DNA from: Candidatus Methylomirabilis oxygeniifera
GTDB taxonomy: Bacteria; Methylomirabilota; Methylomirabilia; Methylomirabilales; Methylomirabilaceae
Assembly: GCA_000091165.1 (NCBI GenBank)
Contig: FP565575.1
Span: forward strand, 1,260,001 to 1,292,000
Length of the DNA stretch: 32,000 bases
Direction of reading: 5' to 3'
Shown in pieces: positions 1 to 5,936 of the stretch (positions are counted from its first letter, which is position 1; the number at the start of each line of letters is the position of its first letter). A program made the translations under genes and the position numbers. The notes beneath the pieces are model-generated. The model worked only from the letters and a program-made list of their open reading frames with translations. It was not told the DNA's origin and searched no databases.

Positions 1-28
1 GCACCGGCGCCAGTTTCCTGCCAGCCAT
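1..28 (-). CDS. higA: 5' end of a second higA-like antitoxin gene, truncated by the window edge (MAGRKLAPV...)
   Basis: Positions 1-43 are identical to 1632-1674, which carries the RBS and first codons of the complete higA at 1354-1659. Confidence 0.6.
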
Positions 29-43
29 AATTACTACCTCCTA
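1..43. repeat. 43-nt exact direct repeat, copy 1 (higA RBS plus start)
   Basis: gcaccggcgccagtttcctgccagccataattactacctccta, identical to 1632-1674. Confidence 0.95.
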
Positions 44-44
44 T

Positions 45-86
45 GTGTAGATACCCCATGGGCGTAAGCCCGCGGGGTATCTACAC
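45..86. repeat. Perfect 13-bp inverted repeat (hairpin) with an inner GGGC/GCCC stem
   Basis: gtgtagatacccc ... ggggtatctacac around atgggcgtaagcccgc. Confidence 0.85.
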
Positions 87-103
87 CAGCGCGGACGGGC
101 GCG

Positions 104-180
104 CAGGCGGCGTCATTTTAACGCCAGGGCTTAGCAGACAGAGCGAAGCGACGACCTGCTGCAGCCCTTTGTTCGACACG
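104..180 (-). other. Degenerate attC-like site after the DUF2442 gene (weak candidate)
   Basis: Minus strand GTCGAACAAAGGGCTGCAGCAGG...CTGCTAAGCCCTGGCGTTAAAA: R''-like GTCGAAC, long imperfect stem AGGGCTGCAGCAG/CTGCTAAGCCCT, R'-like GTTAAAA. Confidence 0.4.
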
Positions 181-182
181 TT

Positions 183-440
183 CTACGTTCCGGCCGTGAC
201 GAGCGGCGGCACATGCTTCACGCCGATGATACCATCGATAGATAAATCTTCATCTACATCTGGCCAGTGAATTCCGTAACCAGCAGGGGATACCTCAAAG
301 TTGTCCCTCTGTTCCTGGCTAGCGTTTCGCAAACGCTCCGACTCACCGGCAACATCGATCAGGTAATCCTTCCCGTCGACTCGCAAATGCATGATGGTGC
401 CAGAGAAGCCCACCTGTTGGACATGGTGTGCTTTATCCAT
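183..440 (-). CDS. DUF2442-like small protein
   Basis: MDKAHHVQQVGFSGTIMHLRVDGKDYLIDVAGESERLRNAS...; overlaps the end of the upstream DUF4160-like gene. Confidence 0.7.
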   Translation of the reverse strand: MDKAHHVQQVGFSGTIMHLRVDGKDYLIDVAGESERLRNASQEQRDNFEVSPAGYGIHWPDVDEDLSIDGIIGVKHVPPLVTAGT

Positions 441-690
441 TCTTCCCCTCCTGAAATTTGTTCCATTCGGCCACGATGTAATCAAAATGGTCGAAGATGA
501 TGCGCCGTACGATTCTCTTGTCCGCAGGGCTCATGTTGTAGGCATGGGCCTCCAACGCCTCGAATCCTTGAATATCGAGCCAGTATTTTGCCTCAGCCTC
601 TCCCTTACGACAATGAACGTGAATCGGTTCGTTGCGTTCATTAGCGTAGAAAAAGAACCTCCAGCCAAGCATCACCAGTATTGTCGGCAT
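433..690 (-). CDS. DUF4160-like protein
   Basis: MPTILVMLGWRFFFYANERNEPIHVHCRKGEAEAKYWLD... matches the recalled DUF4160 pattern; usual DUF2442 partner. Confidence 0.8.
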   Translation of the reverse strand: MPTILVMLGWRFFFYANERNEPIHVHCRKGEAEAKYWLDIQGFEALEAHAYNMSPADKRIVRRIIFDHFDYIVAEWNKFQEGKNG

Positions 691-780
691 CTTATCCCAG
701 TGTCCTCCACTCGATCTTCCCTTATGCTATCAATGGGCATCTCTCTTGTCACGGGGGGCATTTCTCTTTCCTCTTTGTCG

Positions 781-990
781 AACTACTGAGTATGCTGATC
801 AGTATATGACGACCATTCCAGTGTCGGTTCTTGTCGGAATTGTCCGTCCCTTCCAAGACGTTGTCAACCAGTTTCCGGTCACCATCTAACCCGCACACAC
901 TGATCACGATATGCTCAATATACCGGCAGGGGATTGAGGACCTACGCCGGCAGGGACTCCGCCGGACTTTGGACTCCTCTCCCACCGCGG
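781..990 (-). repeat. ~210-bp repeat copy 1: tail of an integrase gene plus candidate attI region
   Basis: Near-identical to 5726-5936, including tgatcagtatatg, cagtgtcggttcttgtcgg, gtccgtcccttccaagacgttgtcaaccagtttccggtcaccat and ctttggactcctctcc. Confidence 0.85.
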
Positions 991-1109
991 TTTAAGACAT
1001 GGGTGCACATCATCGTGGTGGCGAGATCGGTGTGCCCCAGAAGCTCCTGGACGGTTCGGATATGGTCACCGTCTTCCAGCAAATAGGTGGCAAAGGAATT
1101 GCGTCGGTG
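942..1109 (-). pseudogene. 3' remnant of an integron-type tyrosine recombinase (IntI-like); catalytic positions mutated
   Basis: Reading frame [55 protein letters not shown]; the recalled family pattern is [49 protein letters not shown]. No intact N-terminal part found. Confidence 0.85.
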
Positions 1110-1229
1110 TAATGGCTGGTCGCCGGACCTGATCGAGGCTGGATGGGGTGACGTGGAATGGTCGACAGCATGAGGTGGGCACGGCGGGGCGTGGGATGAC
1201 TCCTGGCTCTTATTGCAACTGCGAGGGTC

Positions 1230-1319
1230 TAACAGACAACCGGGGTCTGTCCCCTATTACTCAGTTCAAAACCGACCGGATCGGTTACCTCAATATCAAG
1301 AATTAGGTAGGCTGCCATG
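1230..1319 (-). pseudogene. Truncated DUF1330-family gene (first ~18 codons, then unrelated sequence)
   Basis: AGGGGGTAAC-ATG then MAAYLILDIEVTDPVGFE|[11 protein letters not shown]; homology stops where the AATAGGGGACAGACC motif begins. Confidence 0.6.
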
Positions 1320-1353
1320 TTACCCCCTGTCGATTCAACAAGCTCACTGTACG

Positions 1354-1659
1354 TCAGTGGACCTCGGCATAGACTCGAACCTGCTTTTCGAGCCTGTTCC
1401 CCACTTGATCCTCTTCTACATCCAGATCGTATTGAGCCTGAAGAGCAAGCCAGAATTCGGGAGAGGTCTGGAAATAGCGGCCGAGCCGCAGGGCAGTATT
1501 GGCCGTGATGCCCCTCTTGCCTAGGACGATTTCATTGATGCGGCGAGGGTCGACTCCGATGTCCAATGCCAAACGGTGCTGACTCAGGCTCAGAGGCTTC
1601 AAGAATTCCTCATCGAGAACCTCGCCCGGATGCACCGGCGCCAGTTTCCTGCCAGCCAT
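1354..1659 (-). CDS. higA: HigA-family addiction module antitoxin (HTH/XRE)
   Basis: MAGRKLAPVHPGEVLDEEFLKPLSLSQHRLALDIGVDPRRINEIVLGKRGITANTALRLGRYFQTSPEFWLALQAQYDLDV...; strong GGAGG RBS. Confidence 0.93.
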   Translation of the reverse strand: MAGRKLAPVHPGEVLDEEFLKPLSLSQHRLALDIGVDPRRINEIVLGKRGITANTALRLGRYFQTSPEFWLALQAQYDLDVEEDQVGNRLEKQVRVYAEVH

Positions 1660-1674
1660 AATTACTACCTCCTA
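1632..1674. repeat. 43-nt exact direct repeat, copy 2
   Basis: Identical to 1-43. Confidence 0.95.
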
Positions 1675-1818
1675 GTGATAGTCAACAATCTCAACCTCGT
1701 AGGCGTTGTTGCCCCGCCAATCAAAGCAGACTCGCCACTGATCATTAATCCGGATCGAGTATTGCCCGGTCCGATCGCCTCTCAACTTTTCAAGCCGATT
1801 CCCCGGCGGGGAGCGAAG
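1672..1818 (-). pseudogene. higB: HigB toxin remnant; N-terminal half missing
   Basis: Frame gives LRSPPGNRLEKLRGDRTGQYSIRINDQWRVCFDWRGNNAYEVEIVDYH*, the C-terminal half of HigB. Upstream in this frame is unrelated (RKEHELTTRSPFWD) with no plausible start before a stop. Confidence 0.85.
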
Positions 1819-1841
1819 ATCCCAAAAAGGGCTTCGCGTTG

Positions 1842-2258
1842 TTAGTTCATGCTCTTTGCGATTTCGCCTTTGAATTTGGTAAATACCGACTCAGCGTCTC
1901 CTACAAGCGGCTCCATACGTTCAGGGGAGAGGTCCAGCGCATAGCCGTGGCCGAAAAAGTGGCGGAACGCCAGATAACGCTTCAAATCGTCCAGTAATCG
2001 GTTAGACAGGATTCCGTTGTCGATGGCGGCAATCAGCAGATCTCTATGCCAAGATTCCCCTTATGGGATGGGAAGTGCTTTTGCTTGGAAGACCTGTTTG
2101 AGAACGTTTTCAATGCCGTTATAGAAATTGTGAAGCAGTGCCGCCACGCCGGCAAGTTCAAGTCTGGAGAGCGTTGACAGCGGGCGGTCAGGCAGGGCGG
2201 AGAGTGCGCCTTCGATAGCCTCGTACTCGGCTTCAACACGAAGACGGTAGTCAGGCAT
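1842..2258 (-). pseudogene. hepT: HepT-like (HEPN) toxin with an in-frame TAA at 2061-2063
   Basis: [137 protein letters not shown]. Same frame continues past the stop with RX4H (RHFFGH). Confidence 0.8.
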
Positions 2259-2520
2259 AGAGCGATATGCCCTCCAGCCGGATGAGCTTGACGAAACGGC
2301 TTTCTACAGACATGTCAACGACATCGACCGACTTCGATAGGGCGCAGAGCAACTCGCCGTAGAAGGCGAAAAAGTCCTTTTGTTCGATGCCTTCCACGCC
2401 GATGTCGATGTCGCGGCTCTCCTTGTCTGGGGACAAACTGGACCCAAAGAGTACCACGCCTTTGGCATGGTGCTTCGCGGCTATTTTCTCAATGATTCGC
2501 CTGTCTCTATCGGCAATCAT
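2251..2520 (-). CDS. mntA: MntA-like minimal nucleotidyltransferase (antitoxin of a HepT/MntA module)
   Basis: [45 protein letters not shown]...: GSS + DIDIGV motif; overlaps hepT by 8 nt. Start chosen internal to the supplied ORF 2251-2745. Confidence 0.85.
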   Translation of the reverse strand: MIADRDRRIIEKIAAKHHAKGVVLFGSSLSPDKESRDIDIGVEGIEQKDFFAFYGELLCALSKSVDVVDMSVESRFVKLIRLEGISLYA

Positions 2521-2870
2521 GCGCTTAGTATAGCATGTCTTGGCGAGATTGGCCGTTATCTCAGTGGGGTAGGCTGGGATGAGTGCAGCGAATCCCTGCA
2601 ATCCGCTCGTGTAGTGGAAAGCACAAACACATCCACTATCTGCGAAAACAGGTTCTCTGAGCCTATCTCCAGGATACGATGCGGACGCGCCACATGCAGC
2701 CCGACGGACGCTACGTCCGCCTCCAGGCAGAAGGGAAAGACACACCGTTCGACAACCAGCAATGGCTGATGGACCTGAACAAGAAGGGAAAGACCAAATA
2801 GGCGGCTCGCCGGATACCGGCGCGCATTGGCCTGCCCCAGCGCGGACGGACGCGCAGGCCGCGTCATTTT

Positions 2871-2925
2871 ACGCCTAGGTTAAGCGGTGCGGCGGAGCCG
2901 CGTCCGGTTGAGCTGCGGGTTGGGC
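2871..2925 (-). other. attC-like recombination site (candidate attC-C)
   Basis: Minus strand GCCCAACCCGCAGCTCAACCGGACGCGGCTCCGCCGCACCGCTTAACCTAGGCG: R''-like GCCCAAC, L''-like CTCAACCGG, GCGGC/GCCGC stem, degenerate R'. Confidence 0.65.
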
Positions 2926-3291
2926 ATTGCGTAGCTTGCGCGTCATGGCTAAAAAGAAGAGGCCAGGTGCGGCTATTGCGGCGGCCAGTAGTGATGTGAC
3001 GCCAATGCTCATGACGCTAACCTCGGGACCGCGGAGAATGTGGAGGGGGACTATGAAGGCTGCTGCGAGTGTGAAATAACCGAATCCAAGCCAGGACACA
3101 CCAGAAAGGATTTTGCGGCCTACGGGCCGACCTAACAGCAGGGCAATGCCGCCCAGGAGGCCCATAACAGCGACAGCTCCAAAGCACGCCAACTGGACGT
3201 AATAGACCGTCAGAGACTGGACGGTAGATATAGCCGCCATTACGAAGAGCAAAGGGCTGATGCAGATCCATGTCCAAGCCACTGCGCGCAT
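2875..3291 (-). CDS. Small integral membrane protein (~4 TM), C-terminus encoded through the attC-like site
   Basis: MRAVAWTWICISPLLFVMAAISTVQSLTVYYVQLACFGAVAVMGLLGG...; C-terminal QPAAQPDAAPPHRLT is encoded by attC-like sequence. Confidence 0.6.
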   Translation of the reverse strand: MRAVAWTWICISPLLFVMAAISTVQSLTVYYVQLACFGAVAVMGLLGGIALLLGRPVGRKILSGVSWLGFGYFTLAAAFIVPLHILRGPEVSVMSIGVTSLLAAAIAAPGLFFLAMTRKLRNAQPAAQPDAAPPHRLT

Positions 3292-3309
3292 TAGCGGTCT
3301 TCCTGCAAT

Positions 3310-3390
3310 CCCCAACGGCAGGGCTGTGCGGCCGGCGCTTGCCCGGTCCGAACCAGCCCTCGGTTCGCCCCTCCTTGTGGCCGTTTAAGC
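3310..3390 (-). other. Weak attC-like site after the BrnT-partner gene
   Basis: Minus strand GCT-TAA-ACGGC ... AGGGCTG ... CAGCCCT-GCCGTTGGGG: AACGGC/GCCGTT and AGGGCTG/CAGCCCT nested pairs; stop codon inside the R''-like end. Confidence 0.35.
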
Positions 3391-3633
3391 TTTCGCCGCA
3401 GCCCGCTTGCCGGCCCCGCGAAGCTTCGTCAACTGGATGACCAGTCGGAGAGCCTCGTTGACCGCTTCCTCGGTCGGAAACGCCTCCGCGACATCGGGAG
3501 CGAGCAGGACGAGGTTGGTCCCCTTGCGGTAGCGGTCGGCATACTTCCCTTGGACGCCAGCCTTCAGGAGTTGGCCCAAATCGTACTCGGGCCGGAGGTC
3601 CTCAGCCTTTTCGCCTCTTGACTTCGTTTTCAT
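3385..3633 (-). CDS. Putative antitoxin/partner of the BrnT-family toxin
   Basis: MKTKSRGEKAEDLRPEYDLGQLLKAGVQGKYADRYRKGTNLVLLAPDVAEAFPTEEAVNEALRLVIQLTKL...; immediately downstream of and overlapping brnT. Confidence 0.65.
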   Translation of the reverse strand: MKTKSRGEKAEDLRPEYDLGQLLKAGVQGKYADRYRKGTNLVLLAPDVAEAFPTEEAVNEALRLVIQLTKLRGAGKRAAAKA

Positions 3634-3891
3634 AGGCCTCACGCTCTGCGCGGGTCAATTCTCGCGCAGTAATGATGCGGGCGGGCCACGATCGGTGTGG
3701 GCGACCATCAGAATACGCCCTCCGGCAGACGCGCCAATGGTAATATATCGATCCTCCTCCTGAGAATGGTGGGGGTCAAAGATTGTGATTGCCAACGAGT
3801 CTCGAAAGACGGTCGCCGCCTCCCGGAAGGCAACGTGGTGCCTCCGAAGGTTTGTCCTTGCTTTCGAGGGGTCCCATTCAAATTCGATCAT
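3602..3891 (-). pseudogene. brnT: BrnT-family toxin with an apparent frameshift near 3675-3690
   Basis: MIEFEWDPSKARTNLRRHHVAFREAATVFRDSLAITIFDPHHSQEEDRYITIGASAGGRILMVAHTDRG then (shifted frame) IITARELTRAEREAYENEVKRRKG*, the expected C-terminus. The supplied ORF 3655-3891 ends in unrelated PPASLLREN*. Confidence 0.8.
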
Positions 3892-3911
3892 GAGGGTTCA
3901 TGATCGTTGCT

Positions 3912-3983
3912 GGCCAACGTTCCGCTTGAGGCGTCGAGGGGCGCGCAGCGTCCCCGAGGTTGCTCTCGAAGCGGTTGTTAGGC
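3912..3983 (-). other. attC-like recombination site (candidate attC-B)
   Basis: Minus strand GCCTAACAACCGCTTCGAGAGCAACCTCGGGGACGCTGCGCGCCCCTCGACGCCTCAAGCGGAACGTTGGCC: CCGCTT(C)GAG/CTCAAGCGG stem with an extra-helical base; ends GCCTAAC/GTTGGCC. Confidence 0.75.
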
Positions 3984-3992
3984 CCATGTGCT

Positions 3993-4949
3993 TCAAAAGA
4001 GATATAGGTGCTCATTTTCTCTGTCGAAATCGTTTTGCATTAGCGTGTCAGCAAAATAGTCGCGGATCGCGTCTCTCTTTTCGCTAGTCCAGTCATCAAA
4101 ATAACTTGGCGAGAAGACAAAGTTTTCGGAGTATTTGAGAATTGTTTTGGACAGCAAATATCTAAAATAGCGGCCTTTGCTGAGCAGCAGGTCGCCAAAA
4201 TTCTGTCGAACCCACGCTGTATCCCGCGGTAACCATGAGATAACCACCAATGTTTTTTGCGCCGCTACCGGCAGCACATTTAGAGCAATGCACCGGATAT
4301 CCTCAGCGGGATCATATGTGTCGGTTGAAAAAAGTACGCTAGCGGCGAATGTGGGACGATCCACGTCAAGAAGCCTATTTTCATGGCAAATGGAGCCGTA
4401 GGTCTCTGATATGTAGACCTGATCATATTCGTACTTATACCGAAAAGTGCGCCAAGACTTCATCATATGCGCTACCGCTTCCATTCCTGCCTGGCTTGGC
4501 TGGTTCTTCGGGTCTAAATCCAATTCGACCCTTTTTAGATAGACGCTTTGAATTTTTAACACCCCCTCCATTGTCGCATGCAGTCCTCTCAAGACTGCCC
4601 TATAAGCCAGAAGGAATAGGTGCTGTTGGTTTTCTATATTGATGTCGTTCGTGTCAATTGGTCTAAATATTTCGCGATCATGTTCGTCACAGAGTCCGGT
4701 AAACGTTGTGGCCTCGTTTCGACCAACCAGTTTGTAGCCAATAACAGGTCCTTTGTCCTGCTCGAACCAATGTCTGAGCGAAACAACGTGTCCATCTCTT
4801 ACCAGTAGGTCCAGAACTTTCGAATTTTGTACAGTATGTGCTCGAATTATCTGGCCATCGCATTGCATAGATGGCTCAAAACATTTCTTAAATTTCAAGT
4901 TGTCTGCGTTAAACGCGCAGGCCAGCATTTCCTTCTCAATATCATTCAT
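3993..4949 (-). CDS. Hypothetical cassette protein, 318 aa, with a Cys/His-rich N-terminus
   Basis: MNDIEKEMLACAFNADNLKFKKCFEPSMQCDGQIIRAHTVQNSKVLDLL...TTFTGLCDEHDREIFRPID...; start chosen downstream of the attC-like site, internal to ORF 3993-5219. Confidence 0.75.
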   Translation of the reverse strand: MNDIEKEMLACAFNADNLKFKKCFEPSMQCDGQIIRAHTVQNSKVLDLLVRDGHVVSLRHWFEQDKGPVIGYKLVGRNEATTFTGLCDEHDREIFRPIDTNDINIENQQHLFLLAYRAVLRGLHATMEGVLKIQSVYLKRVELDLDPKNQPSQAGMEAVAHMMKSWRTFRYKYEYDQVYISETYGSICHENRLLDVDRPTFAASVLFSTDTYDPAEDIRCIALNVLPVAAQKTLVVISWLPRDTAWVRQNFGDLLLSKGRYFRYLLSKTILKYSENFVFSPSYFDDWTSEKRDAIRDYFADTLMQNDFDRENEHLYLF

Positions 4950-5033
4950 ATGGTGCTCAATGGGCCTAAAGGCATTGCGGATGCAGCGGTCAGGCGTCCG
5001 CTTGATGGCCGGCGCGAAGCGTCCGCGCCATCG

Positions 5034-5094
5034 TTCGACGTAAGGGGCGGCTTGCGGCTTGCCGCAAGACGTCCCCTTGACGGAGGGGTTAGGC
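5034..5094 (-). other. attC-like recombination site (candidate attC-A); may extend to 4964 as a VCR-sized site
   Basis: Minus strand GCCTAACCCCTCCGTCAAGGGGACGTCTTGCGGCAAGCCGCAAGCCGCCCCTTACGTCGAACGATGG: AAGGGG/CCCCTT and CTTGCGGC/GCCGCAAG stems; R' degenerate. A later TTTAGGC lies at 4964-4970. Confidence 0.75.
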
Positions 5095-5706
5095 TTCGCC
5101 GCGCGGGATGAGTAAACGTACTTTCGACACACGGTCGGGCAACCTCTTGAAGAACCACTTGTCCAGCTTATCAAGCGCTTCGTGATACTCCTGCGGCTTG
5201 TAGTGATTCTTGGCTCCAAAGGTGAGATCGGCGACTAGGTCGTCGTACTCAGGCCCTGGGACTTCGAACTCTACTCCGTAGATCGGGTGCGTGACGGCTA
5301 CCGTACTCACCTCATGCGCGGTGGGCTTGGGATGAACCAGAAGGTTCCGATAACTGATCAACGAGTGGAGTCGCTTGACGTACTCATCGTCTGGATTGAG
5401 GCGGAACTTCTCTCCTGTCAACAGGACAGCTGTTGCTTCAAGCTTTCCCCGGAACGACATAGAGAGGAAGGCTTGCTGAATGGGCTGGCTACCTTCCTGC
5501 CATGTAGACGCTGCGTGCTGCACTAGCGCGTCATTCAACTTCGCTTCGAGGGCTGCGGCACAGGTGACGATGTAAGGTACTGCAAGTGCCTCTTTATCGG
5601 TGCAAGCCGCGTAGGCCTGAGCCAAGCGCTTAAGAACACGATTAAGCTTTGGGGCGGCCGAGACAGTGACCTTGAGCCGTTGCTTCGGGCTTGTGGAGCG
5701 CGACAT
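5089..5706 (-). CDS. HEPN-like hypothetical protein (first cassette after the attI-like site)
   Basis: 205 aa; contains an RX4H motif (SYRNLLVHP) in a helical context; stop codon TAA is the centre of the R'' box GCCTAAC. Confidence 0.65.
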   Translation of the reverse strand: MSRSTSPKQRLKVTVSAAPKLNRVLKRLAQAYAACTDKEALAVPYIVTCAAALEAKLNDALVQHAASTWQEGSQPIQQAFLSMSFRGKLEATAVLLTGEKFRLNPDDEYVKRLHSLISYRNLLVHPKPTAHEVSTVAVTHPIYGVEFEVPGPEYDDLVADLTFGAKNHYKPQEYHEALDKLDKWFFKRLPDRVSKVRLLIPRGEA

Positions 5707-5725
5707 ATGTCCACCTGCGAGGCCT

Positions 5726-5936
5726 AACTACTGAGTATACTGATCAGTATATGATGGCCATGTCAGTGTCGGTTCTTGTCGGGATTGTCCGTCCCTTCCA
5801 AGACGTTGTCAACCAGTTTCCGGTCACCATCCAACCCGCACACACTGATCACCATATGCTCAATATACCTGCATGGGGTTCAGTACCTACGCCAGCAGGG
5901 AATCCGCCGAGCTTTGGACTCCTCTCCTACCGTGGT
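5726..5936 (-). repeat. ~210-bp repeat copy 2: integrase tail plus candidate attI region; homology ends at core GTTAGGC
   Basis: Matches 781-990; contains the palindrome ATACTGATCAGTAT; minus strand ...ATACTCAGTAGTTAGGC|CTCGC. Confidence 0.85.
5887..5934 (-). pseudogene. Extreme 3' end of a second integron-type integrase gene
   Basis: GRRGVQSSADSLLA*, homologous to the 942-1109 remnant; truncated at GGTCTGTCCCCTATT. Confidence 0.6.

Noticed and set aside
1224-1240. Isolated GTCTAAC / GTTAGAC core near the DUF1330 remnant
   Set aside because: A 7-nt core alone is too common; no matching L boxes or stem were found around it.
2521-2745. N-terminal extension of the supplied ORF 2251-2745
   Set aside because: Not like any nucleotidyltransferase N-terminus; [17 protein letters not shown] is the plausible start.
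2556-2867. 103-aa minus ORF between site C and mntA
   Set aside because: Begins in the repeated leader sequence and lacks coding character; possibly decayed cassette material, but not supportable as a gene.
4950-5219. N-terminal 90 codons of the supplied ORF 3993-5219
   Set aside because: They run through the attC-like site and into the upstream HEPN-like gene; ATG at 4947-4949 is a better start.
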